The notes under the pieces: generated by a model | The model's database searches: none | What the model was told of the DNA's origin: nothing | The model's input: the letters and a program-made list of their open reading frames with translations, nothing else | IMG/VR virus record: IMGVR_UViG_3300010400_000027 | Span: 1-48,040 of that record | From: a virus | Taxonomy: Duplodnaviria > Caudoviricetes | Reading direction: 5' to 3' (one strand) | Length of the DNA: 48,040 bases | Part shown: positions 27,516 to 35,859 of the stretch, one piece after another | Position numbering within the stretch: position 1 is the first letter of the stretch | How the letters are laid out: each line of letters begins with the position of its first letter | Made by a program: the position numbers and the translations under genes

Positions 27516-29624
27516 ATGCCTAAGTATAAATATCATTTATCTAATGGTAAATTTCTAACATTAGAAGGCGATACTCCACCTACTGATGATGAAGTTGAGT
27601 CATTAGCTAAAGAACAAAAAGTTACATTACAACCTACTACTGATACTACTGTCGCCCCATCTAAACCTATTCAAGATAAAATTGTGAATGAATCTAAGCC
27701 CGAATCTGAGCCACAAAGTAGTTGGTTAAGTAAAGCATGGCATAGTATTAGTGAACCATTAACTGATGCTCCCTCACGCTTCGCTAAATCAGTATCAGAT
27801 TATATTGATTCTCCTTCTTTAGATCGTTCTCCTACATCAGCATTCATACATGGAGGGATAGCAGGTGGAGTACAGGGATTAGGAGATGTAATTAGTGGAA
27901 TGACATCTCCTATTAATTTAGGTACGGCAGCATTAACTGGAGGTGCATCATTAGCTGAAAATGCAGGAATGCAAGGTATAGCTAATGCTGCTAGAATGGG
28001 TGGTCGTATAGCATCTGCTCCAGTTGTGGCTCATGGTGCATCACAAGTATTAAGTCCAGAATCATCATTAGGAGAAAGAGGATTTGGATTAGCTGAAATA
28101 GCGGGTGGATTAGCTGGAATGAAGGAACATGTTCCATCTATTGAATCTAATATTTCATCTGAAATTCCAAAATCTATTGAAACACCTGTATCTAAACCAT
28201 CAGTACCATTAGGCCAAACTGTAATTATTAAATCAGAAAATATGAATCCTAAATTATATAAACAAGCATTAGAACAGGGATATGAATTTCAAGGAACTAA
28301 TGATCAGGGTCATTTTAGATTAAAGAAAACGTCAGAAGGACTACCACAACCAATATTGGAATCTGATGTAGGTTCATCTCGTCCTACAGCATCAGGAGAA
28401 AGACAACAATTAGGACCAGAAATAGATGCTAAAAAAGCATCAATAGCTGCCGAGGCTATTAATTTTCCTCGTACTATTATGTCATCAATGGATATGTCTG
28501 CGCCCCTGAGACAAGGTATAGGATTAATTCATAAACCTGAATTCTGGAAATCATTCATACCTATGTTTAAGGCGTGGGGATCTGAAGAAGCATTTAATCA
28601 GGTTCAACAATCAATAGCTGATAAACCATTATTTAAACAACGTCCTGGTCCTGGTGGGAAGACATTACCATCATTCGCTCAAGATGCGGGATTAAAATTA
28701 ACTGATTTACATAGTATCTCGACTAGAGAAGAAAGTATGATGTCTTCTATTGCTGAAAAAGTTCCAGGAGTTAGACCGTCTAATAGGGCATATGTCGCTT
28801 TCCTTAATAAACTTCGTGCTGACACTTTTGAGTCATTAATTGATCAGGGTAAGGTATTTGGAGCAGATGGAACTACTAATATTCCACTAGCGCGGGAACT
28901 CGCTAACTTTATAAATAATGCATCAGGTAGAGGAAATCTAGGCAAATTAGAAACATCAGCTAAGGCACTATCTACTGTATTCTTCTCCCCCCGATTAATT
29001 GCGTCTAGAGTTCAAATGTTAAATCCTCAAAATTATGTTATGGGTAATCCTATGGTTAGAAAGGAATATCTTAAATCATTATTTGCGATTGCAGCGGCTG
29101 GTAATATGGTTACTCAATTAGGTCGTCTTGCTGGAGGAACTGTAGAACCTGATATGGCCTCAGCAGATTTTGGTAAATTAAAGGTAGGTAATACTAGATT
29201 AGATCCCTATGCAGGATTTCAACAATATATCGTAGCGGCACAGAGATTAATGCCTCATTTAGATTCACTAGGATTAGGTGGAATGATGAAATCTACTCAA
29301 ACTGGAATTAAATATAATCTAGGACAACCTAAATTTGGTCAATCTACTAGGGCTGATGTTGCATCGCGATTTGCGCGTGGTAAAGTTAATCCAGTATTAG
29401 GATTTGCATGGTCATTAGCATCAGGTATGAAAGAACCATCAGGTGAATCGATGAATTTTACTACTGCAAATCCAATGCACAATAGTATTACTCAACGATT
29501 CATTCCAATGGTTATGCAAGACTTATATGAAATTGGTTCTCAGCAACCAGAGAATTTACCCTGGGCTGGTCCGGCGGCTCTTTTCGGGAGTGGCGTACAG
29601 CAGTATGGAAATTTACAGAGGTGA
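27516..29624 (+). CDS. large DNA ejection protein
   Basis: 702 aa; G/A-rich hydrophobic segments; FFSPRL...DFGKLKVGNTRLDP...LFGSGVQQY C-terminus typical of ejection/polyvalent proteins. Confidence 0.65.
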   Translation: MPKYKYHLSNGKFLTLEGDTPPTDDEVESLAKEQKVTLQPTTDTTVAPSKPIQDKIVNESKPESEPQSSWLSKAWHSISEPLTDAPSRFAKSVSDYIDSPSLDRSPTSAFIHGGIAGGVQGLGDVISGMTSPINLGTAALTGGASLAENAGMQGIANAARMGGRIASAPVVAHGASQVLSPESSLGERGFGLAEIAGGLAGMKEHVPSIESNISSEIPKSIETPVSKPSVPLGQTVIIKSENMNPKLYKQALEQGYEFQGTNDQGHFRLKKTSEGLPQPILESDVGSSRPTASGERQQLGPEIDAKKASIAAEAINFPRTIMSSMDMSAPLRQGIGLIHKPEFWKSFIPMFKAWGSEEAFNQVQQSIADKPLFKQRPGPGGKTLPSFAQDAGLKLTDLHSISTREESMMSSIAEKVPGVRPSNRAYVAFLNKLRADTFESLIDQGKVFGADGTTNIPLARELANFINNASGRGNLGKLETSAKALSTVFFSPRLIASRVQMLNPQNYVMGNPMVRKEYLKSLFAIAAAGNMVTQLGRLAGGTVEPDMASADFGKLKVGNTRLDPYAGFQQYIVAAQRLMPHLDSLGLGGMMKSTQTGIKYNLGQPKFGQSTRADVASRFARGKVNPVLGFAWSLASGMKEPSGESMNFTTANPMHNSITQRFIPMVMQDLYEIGSQQPENLPWAGPAALFGSGVQQYGNLQR

Positions 29625-29627
29625 AAT

Positions 29628-29819
29628 ATGCAATATATTTATCGCTTAATTTTGGCATGTGTAATTGGATTGGGACTATTTGCGTTATTACCTCATGTAT
29701 TGAATATATTTCAGGTTCATAATAGTGATTTAGAGGCAGTACTCAAAATTAGTATTGGAATTGGTGCTTTGATTTATGTGATATTTGGACGGCCTATTAA
29801 TTGGCCTAATCCGACTTAG
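29628..29819 (+). CDS. small two-TM membrane protein
   Basis: Two hydrophobic segments; GAGGTG RBS. Confidence 0.65.
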   Translation: MQYIYRLILACVIGLGLFALLPHVLNIFQVHNSDLEAVLKISIGIGALIYVIFGRPINWPNPT

Positions 29820-30102
29820 TTCGGTATCCTCCCCATAACGCTGCATAATTAATCAAATCAATGAATGTATCTTCTATAGATTCATGATTTGGTTCTTTCC
29901 TACCTAACAGCGATGCTAATCTTGCTAGTTTGACTCCAATCATTCCTACAAATGCTTGATCAGTTGTATCATCAAACCAAGCCATAATTGTAGCCTGCCT
30001 AGTGAAATTCTCATATCTGTCCGTTTGACCTGAAGTATAATCTTGTGCTTTAGATTTCAGTAGTTTCTTTCCAGATTCCATTAGTTGTTCGGGTGTCATC
30101 AT
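29806..30102 (-). CDS. nucleotide modification-associated domain 1 (DUF1599/Nmad1-like) protein
   Basis: K..DY...D.YENF...KLARL...ESIEDTFIDLINYA. Confidence 0.75.
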   Translation of the reverse strand: MMTPEQLMESGKKLLKSKAQDYTSGQTDRYENFTRQATIMAWFDDTTDQAFVGMIGVKLARLASLLGRKEPNHESIEDTFIDLINYAALWGGYRTKSD

Positions 30103-30250
30103 ATCTCCATTTTAGTTATTTCAACTTTATGTACATCTATCTTTTTAAGTTCTTCTGTTAGATATAAAAATAATTGATCTAATTTATCAATGTTTTTATA
30201 TGTAATTATATAATTTCTTTTGTCCAAAATTACTGTTTGATACCATATAG

Positions 30251-30502
30251 TCATTCTCTTTCCTCTATCTTAATTTCAATACATTCTCTTAAATTTTTTG
30301 TTATTTCAAATAATTTAGCACTACCACTATGATATATAATAAATTGATTTCGCTCAATACTTCTTACGTAATCTAAATCAGTTTCATCAACTACACAAAT
30401 AAAATACTGCGAATTTCTTGTAGTATGTACAAGATGCGGAAAAAGTTTACTTACATACTTTTTAAAGTGTGAGTAGGATGCAGCTATAATAATTAGTTTC
30501 AT
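30251..30502 (-). CDS. hypothetical protein
   Basis: ORF with ATGA overlap. Confidence 0.55.
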   Translation of the reverse strand: MKLIIIAASYSHFKKYVSKLFPHLVHTTRNSQYFICVVDETDLDYVRSIERNQFIIYHSGSAKLFEITKNLRECIEIKIEERE

Positions 30503-31062
30503 AGTTCTATCAACCTTTTCAAGACATCATCCGACGTATGACCATCATAATCAGGTGCCTTACCTAATGATAAGACATTAATCTTATCCCAATATTTATT
30601 AGGTAAATGATATGTAATCTGTTTCGGTGGACCCTCAAATTCAGTTATAGTCATTCCTAGTATAAAATGTTTATCATAAGTTGTTCCATCACTATGATAG
30701 TATGATTTCCAACATTTAACTCTAGTATTTAGTGGAGTAATATAATTATCATATATTTTACATAGAGCGATGAATAGTGTATTTCGGTGATCATACAACT
30801 CATCTAATGTATGATAATCATCACCTACTGTTATGTCTTCACCCTCGAATCCAATCTTAGTATATGGACCATGTGGTTCATAGTATTCTTCATATTTTCC
30901 TTTAATGAGTAAATATACTTTATTCATTTGCTTCCTTCTATATCTATAGTTTCCATTAATCTTAATTCGACAGTTGTAACACCACTTAAACTTAGTTACT
31001 GGGACTTTGCCACAATTAGTGCATTTGCCTGATTCATTCCATTTCTTTTGAGTTTTGTTCAT
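30499..31062 (-). CDS. WDGH-like domain protein with N-terminal Cys cluster
   Basis: YHTLDELYDHR...WKSYYHSDG...QITYHLP...APDYDGHTSDDVLKRL. Confidence 0.7.
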   Translation of the reverse strand: MNKTQKKWNESGKCTNCGKVPVTKFKWCYNCRIKINGNYRYRRKQMNKVYLLIKGKYEEYYEPHGPYTKIGFEGEDITVGDDYHTLDELYDHRNTLFIALCKIYDNYITPLNTRVKCWKSYYHSDGTTYDKHFILGMTITEFEGPPKQITYHLPNKYWDKINVLSLGKAPDYDGHTSDDVLKRLIEL

Positions 31063-31222
31063 TTACCAGTTCTAAATCTTTTTTAGGGTAATACCAATAA
31101 GCAAGATCATAATCTCCATCAAACATTACTTTACATTCTGTTTTTGTAACAATAGTTATTTCTCCATAAGCATAATAATCAAAATATTTCATTCTAACTC
31201 TATCACCTGATTTAAATTCCAT
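31034..31222 (-). CDS. small SH3-like protein
   Basis: FKSGDRVR...GEI...DLELV. Confidence 0.55.
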   Translation of the reverse strand: MEFKSGDRVRMKYFDYYAYGEITIVTKTECKVMFDGDYDLAYWYYPKKDLELVNEQNSKEME

Positions 31223-31229
31223 AATTAAG

Positions 31230-31313
31230 TGCCACCTATCGGAATCGAACCGATATGTTCTTTCGAACGTCAGATTTTAAGTCTGATGCGTATGCCAATT
31301 TCGCCAAGGTGGC
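31230..31313 (-). tRNA. trnL: tRNA-Leu (anticodon UAA)
   Basis: GCCACCT/AGGTGGC acceptor stem, TCAGA-CTTAAAA-TCTGA anticodon arm, long variable arm, GGTTCGATTCC T-loop, discriminator A, no encoded CCA. Confidence 0.93.
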
Positions 31314-31322
31314 ATAATGTAA

Positions 31323-31508
31323 TTATTCGTTATATTTTTCTTCAATTATAATTGTAAATGGGTAATCAGTATCATTATCATTGAATTGAACTCTATATTT
31401 TATTTTAAGATAATATCTTTCATCAATTATGAATAACTCATTCTTGGGACCAAATTCAAATTTGAATCCACTAAAATAATAAGTTAGATAGGGATCATTT
31501 GGAGTCAT
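31323..31508 (-). CDS. hypothetical protein
   Basis: ORF with TAATG overlap. Confidence 0.5.
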   Translation of the reverse strand: MTPNDPYLTYYFSGFKFEFGPKNELFIIDERYYLKIKYRVQFNDNDTDYPFTIIIEEKYNE

Positions 31509-31747
31509 TAGTTTGGAAAATCCAATCTCTTGACTTCAGAAGCGCGTGGACCCTTCTCAGTTCTATTAGGTTCAAAAGTTACTTTGATAAAGTCTTCTTT
31601 CTTTTCAAAGTCTATGACTAAATCATCCCAATGACCATAATAGTCGTCTTTGTGGAAGAAATATTCAACTCCATTATGTTCATTCTTAATGAATCCATAA
31701 TTCTTATTTCTTACTACACTCTTGATTATTCCTTTCATTTCATTCAT
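31508..31747 (-). CDS. cold-shock domain protein
   Basis: KNYGFIK (RNP1), EYFFHKD (RNP2), EKGPRASEV. Confidence 0.85.
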   Translation of the reverse strand: MNEMKGIIKSVVRNKNYGFIKNEHNGVEYFFHKDDYYGHWDDLVIDFEKKEDFIKVTFEPNRTEKGPRASEVKRLDFPN

Positions 31748-31973
31748 TCCTTTCTTTTGTTTCGATCAAAATTAGTTCAATATTTTTGAATAATATTCCA
31801 TTATTTGGTCCTACCTTAATATGTAAAGTATCATCATGAGATTGACACTTATAAAAATCGAATATTGATTGACATACATTACCATATGTTGCGCTATCTA
31901 CTTCATATGTCATGGGCCAATTTCTTCCTTCAAATTCAGTATTAAATTTCTTTCTTAGTTCATTAGTAGTCAT
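31740..31973 (-). CDS. hypothetical protein
   Basis: ORF in operon. Confidence 0.6.
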   Translation of the reverse strand: MTTNELRKKFNTEFEGRNWPMTYEVDSATYGNVCQSIFDFYKCQSHDDTLHIKVGPNNGILFKNIELILIETKERNE

Positions 31974-32203
31974 TCATTCCTCGCGATCGCGGCGTTAGTA
32001 TGCATAATACATTCCTCAAGTTTAGTGAGCGCGAGGGATTGATTTCTACTAGGTGGACTATTACGAACTATAGTAAGAGCTAACATTTTAGCTTGTGCTC
32101 TTATTAATTCATATCTTTCTGGTTGAGTTCCTTTGGGAGAATGATAAGTATAATTTGTTTCAATCTGTTTGAGCATATCATCTGTCGGTTTATAATCATT
32201 CAT
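31970..32203 (-). CDS. acb2: Acb2-family anti-CBASS cyclic-nucleotide sponge
   Basis: YTYHSP...Q..RYELIR...PPSRNQSLALTKLEECIMHTNAAIARNE. Confidence 0.75.
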   Translation of the reverse strand: MNDYKPTDDMLKQIETNYTYHSPKGTQPERYELIRAQAKMLALTIVRNSPPSRNQSLALTKLEECIMHTNAAIARNE

Positions 32204-32214
32204 TTCATTATTCC

Positions 32215-32811
32215 TCAAAAATTCCAAGATCCTCTATCATTGGTAGGAAGAACTATTTTGATTACATTAGATCGTTCCCTAACAGATGTGACTCCATCAG
32301 TTCCTCGCGCATTTCCCGCTGATACAAAGAAACCAAATTCATCACCTGGATTAGGGTAATATAGTGACATATCACCCCATCGTGAATCATAACACCAATT
32401 TATATGAAAATCATCGTGCCATGTCGGCATTTCGAATGGTCCAGTAGAGATTCGATTTTGCCACATTTGAACTATTCCCGAACTATTCCATACTCCATTA
32501 TATTTAATGATAGGCCATACTGTATATTGATAATTATCATCATTATGACCAGTCATCCATTTCCAATTATCAGGAACTATTTTATTAAAATAGAATGACC
32601 ATCCTTCACTTGGATCCATATCTAACATAGTAATTTTAATTGTTTCATTCCATTGTGCTATATCATTTGGGGAATTGTGAATAGTCACTATATTTAGATC
32701 AATTGAATCTGATGGTGGAATTGGTTGAGAGAGAATTTCATAATCACAATCTTGAGATCCGTTTGGAATTAATGGATTATTAGATAATCGAATTCGGCCT
32801 TTTTCATTCAT
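32215..32811 (-). CDS. Trp/aromatic-rich hypothetical protein
   Basis: QYTVW...WCYDSRWG...GFFVSAGNAR...VRERSNV; function unknown. Confidence 0.7.
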   Translation of the reverse strand: MNEKGRIRLSNNPLIPNGSQDCDYEILSQPIPPSDSIDLNIVTIHNSPNDIAQWNETIKITMLDMDPSEGWSFYFNKIVPDNWKWMTGHNDDNYQYTVWPIIKYNGVWNSSGIVQMWQNRISTGPFEMPTWHDDFHINWCYDSRWGDMSLYYPNPGDEFGFFVSAGNARGTDGVTSVRERSNVIKIVLPTNDRGSWNF

Positions 32812-32829
32812 TAATTTACTCCATTTTAA

Positions 32830-34101
32830 TTAGATATTTTTACCAGTCATATATCGTTTCAATTCACTAACTTGATTAGGAGGCATAATATAAATTATTT
32901 GATTACCCATACTACTACTTTTAATCATTCCCGATGAATCAAAGGATTGCATCAAATCATCGAATTCTTCTGATGATGAATAATGCATCCAATATTTTTT
33001 CTGAAGTACAACTCTAGTGACTTGATGATTATCTCGATTCAATAATTCCATTATGATTAATGACTTTAAAACAGCAGTATTAGACATTCCATGTTTACCT
33101 AATGTAGTCTTTCTAACATTTCCTATTAGTTTCTCACATTGGATTATAGCCTCATTCATTGATTCTTCGGATAGAACTAGTTCGGGTTTATGCGCGAGGG
33201 ATAATAACATTGCAACCTTAAGAACTGAATCCCCAAACCTATTTAGAGTACCAGTTTCATCTTTAACTTCTTGAACTTTAACTGTTTCAGTAAAATTATC
33301 ATACCAATCATCATATGTAATTCCAACTGTATTAAACCAAATCTCCCTACCTCCCTTAATTTTCCTATATCGAAATTCGTCGCTCTGTTCGAGTGATGCT
33401 ATAGGTGCGAAGGGACCATTTAATTTGGCTATCTCTTTAAGATAACATGATAATTGAGGATAATTTGGTTTAGTAGTCAATGGATAGATTAATGAGTTCA
33501 CGTTTTGACGTTCTTTTTCATATATGATAAATGTACGAGCAAAGTATCCACCCTGTATAGCGGAACGAGTAAAGAAATCCTCAGACATCGCTTCATTAGT
33601 TGCTGTGAGCATTGTGACAGTAGGATCTTTTAACTGAAATTCTTCCATCTTTAATAAAGATTGCCATTCACCTATATTATAATGTCTATCATATAAATCT
33701 GTGAGAATCTTAGTCGCTACTTTATCATCTACTATTGATGAGGATAGTTCCGATGAACATATGAATGCAACCGATTTAGTCTGGACTTTTCCTCCGGGTA
33801 TTGTATATACTTCGCCTAATTTCTTTAATATACCTTGAATAGATGATCTGCCACTTATTATTCGAGTATTATTTACAGCCTTTACTAATTGCTTTGCGGC
33901 GCTTACTGGAGGACCTTTCTTTAGGCCCGATTCGGCATGTAACATAATGTATACATTTGGATATAAATTATATATTTGTCTGTCAAGCCATACATTATCT
34001 TTCAAAACCGCGGATAGTGCTGCTAGTGCTGACCATAACCAGAATGAAGCAGGAGACTCTAATTCTTCGTGTTGTTTTACTATCTCTTGTAACCAGGTCA
34101 T
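32830..34101 (-). CDS. DUF3987/YfjI-like replicative P-loop helicase
   Basis: ESPASFWLWSALAALSAVL, YPNVYIMLHAESGLKKG (atypical Walker A), SSELSS, LTDLYD, GGYFAR; next to the DNA polymerase. Confidence 0.75.
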   Translation of the reverse strand: MTWLQEIVKQHEELESPASFWLWSALAALSAVLKDNVWLDRQIYNLYPNVYIMLHAESGLKKGPPVSAAKQLVKAVNNTRIISGRSSIQGILKKLGEVYTIPGGKVQTKSVAFICSSELSSSIVDDKVATKILTDLYDRHYNIGEWQSLLKMEEFQLKDPTVTMLTATNEAMSEDFFTRSAIQGGYFARTFIIYEKERQNVNSLIYPLTTKPNYPQLSCYLKEIAKLNGPFAPIASLEQSDEFRYRKIKGGREIWFNTVGITYDDWYDNFTETVKVQEVKDETGTLNRFGDSVLKVAMLLSLAHKPELVLSEESMNEAIIQCEKLIGNVRKTTLGKHGMSNTAVLKSLIIMELLNRDNHQVTRVVLQKKYWMHYSSSEEFDDLMQSFDSSGMIKSSSMGNQIIYIMPPNQVSELKRYMTGKNI

Positions 34102-34307
34102 TTTTCTTCATCTATAATCTTCCTAAGTTTTCGTACAATTTCTATTCCTTCAACATTATCATATGAAATATATTGAAATTCCAATAATCCATATATTGTT
34201 TTGATTTCTTTCATATCCAAATTTATACCATGACATAAACAGTCACAAATATTGCAAAATTCATGAATATGAGACGAACAATCATCAGAAAGGGACATCA
34301 GAATCAT
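34098..34307 (-). CDS. small Cys-rich hypothetical protein
   Basis: C..H..C..CDCLCH. Confidence 0.5.
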   Translation of the reverse strand: MILMSLSDDCSSHIHEFCNICDCLCHGINLDMKEIKTIYGLLEFQYISYDNVEGIEIVRKLRKIIDEEK

Positions 34308-34482
34308 TATCCTCTTTGAGAGTCATGACTTCTTTAACATGTAATTTTTTCATAGTTTGTGCAATTAATATATTGAATTGAGATAATAAGTGAATCATAT
34401 TATCTGCTTCTAATGCATCTATTGAATGATAATCCCACCCACTTGATTCACCCTGAATAGTTAGAGTTAATCTATATTTCAT
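34285..34482 (-). CDS. hypothetical protein ending DSDVPF
   Basis: GGAG RBS before ATG 34482; SSB-like acidic-PF tail. Confidence 0.55.
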   Translation of the reverse strand: MKYRLTLTIQGESSGWDYHSIDALEADNMIHLLSQFNILIAQTMKKLHVKEVMTLKEDNDSDVPF

Positions 34483-35404
34483 TTCGTTTCTCCATATTAT
34501 TGTATATAATATCATCCAATTTACTATCTTTACCTAATTCAACTACAGTGAATGATTCAGTCACACTACGTGGAATCATCTTCGGTTCTATCCTAGGTTG
34601 AGATATGATTGGAATATCTTTGAATTTAGATAGGTCTTTATAATTATATCCTATTTCAATTTCGCATGGTATGATTAAATCTCGTCTTGGTATGCTACAA
34701 TTAGAGAATCTTATTGGTCTTTCCATTTCTTCCTTAATGATTGGAATCCATTCATTTGAATTTATTTCTGGTATTGTAAATAATAGAGCGTCATGACTTT
34801 CCATTACTATTTTAATCGTAGGTATACGTTTCCATATTCTTAGCGCGGCTGCTTTAGTATTGTCAGTGATGGTACGTTGAGGAATATAAGAGAATCCTTG
34901 TCTGAATAATTCATCTCCCCATCTTTCATAAAATGTCCTCTTTCCTCCATACTTAGCATTAACTCCATACGGCACAGGCGCGATGAGTTGACGATTCTTT
35001 TTTAGACATTCTATGATTGATGCTTGGAATACATGTTGGATTTTGGGTTGTTTGCTATGAAATATTCGTAACGCTCTTTCCGCAATAAATTCTGTAATTG
35101 TAATGGGTATTTTATATTTACGTGCTTGTGTATTGAGTTCAATAGAAGCACGTCGTTTTCCAGCTCCAAGGTGGCCTGCGTGACGTAAAGTTTTACCAGC
35201 AAATCTAATAGGATGCTCATATCCTAATATTTTCTTACTATAATCTTGTTCTGTGCCACCAAAAAACCATGAGGCAGTCCATGCATGATAATCTATCTCG
35301 TCTACTAATCTTAATGCATCTTCGTCATCTGCTAATAACCAAACTACTCTGGCTTCCGCTTGAGATGAATCCGCCTGAACAAACAAATATTTTTTATTTT
35401 CCAT
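34472..35404 (-). CDS. polA: family A DNA polymerase, C-terminal catalytic part
   Basis: Motif A ADSSQAEAR, motif B RFAGKTLRHAGHLG, motif C SHDALLF. Confidence 0.9.
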   Translation of the reverse strand: MENKKYLFVQADSSQAEARVVWLLADDEDALRLVDEIDYHAWTASWFFGGTEQDYSKKILGYEHPIRFAGKTLRHAGHLGAGKRRASIELNTQARKYKIPITITEFIAERALRIFHSKQPKIQHVFQASIIECLKKNRQLIAPVPYGVNAKYGGKRTFYERWGDELFRQGFSYIPQRTITDNTKAAALRIWKRIPTIKIVMESHDALLFTIPEINSNEWIPIIKEEMERPIRFSNCSIPRRDLIIPCEIEIGYNYKDLSKFKDIPIISQPRIEPKMIPRSVTESFTVVELGKDSKLDDIIYNNMEKRNEI

Positions 35405-35737
35405 AATTTTTTCTACATATTATACATGATCGTCTAAGTGGACCATTTTTCCATGCTCTATATGAATATGTATTTTCAGGAGTATATTCATGACCACGTA
35501 AACAATGAGTTTTACTAGATTGACCATTTTAGTTTTGTCTTCTAAATTTAATCCATAGTAAAAATGAACAATTAACCTACTTATGATATATAATTTATGA
35601 TTAATTCTAATTTGTCCATGTCTATCTTGATCTTTAGCTCCATTCCATAACCAACAATCAGTATTTGGATCTTTAATTGTTTTATTATTTAACTTATCTA
35701 GTAAATATTCTTTAGTTAATTCTCCTGTAATACTCAT
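35394..35737 (-). pseudogene. decayed HNH homing endonuclease (catalytic core lost, frameshifted)
   Basis: N-part DCWLWNGAKD..HGQI.I......SRL; C-part in another frame SKTHCLRGHEYTPENTY...RSCIICRK; HNH core absent between them (near 35530). Confidence 0.8.
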
Positions 35738-35859
35738 TTATCTGGCTCTTTATCTGTACTGTACTCACAAATCATACATATCCATAAATTATCTTCTATT
35801 TGCCATAGTAACCAATGTAAACAAATTGGACATAAATAATCATGTAATTTATGGAACAT
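35734..35859 (-). CDS. 41-aa Zn-ribbon microprotein MFHKLHDYLCPICLHW...CMICEY...
   Basis: Overlaps the polA-N stop and the HNH start (ATGA); CxxC-N14-CxxC. Confidence 0.55.
   Translation of the reverse strand: MFHKLHDYLCPICLHWLLWQIEDNLWICMICEYSTDKEPDK

Noticed and set aside
35405-35848. Group I intron or T4 gene 60-type bypass in polA
   Set aside because: The interval is fully occupied by overlapping ORFs; I saw no P7/catalytic core or matched take-off and landing codons. Not formally excluded without Infernal or RT-PCR
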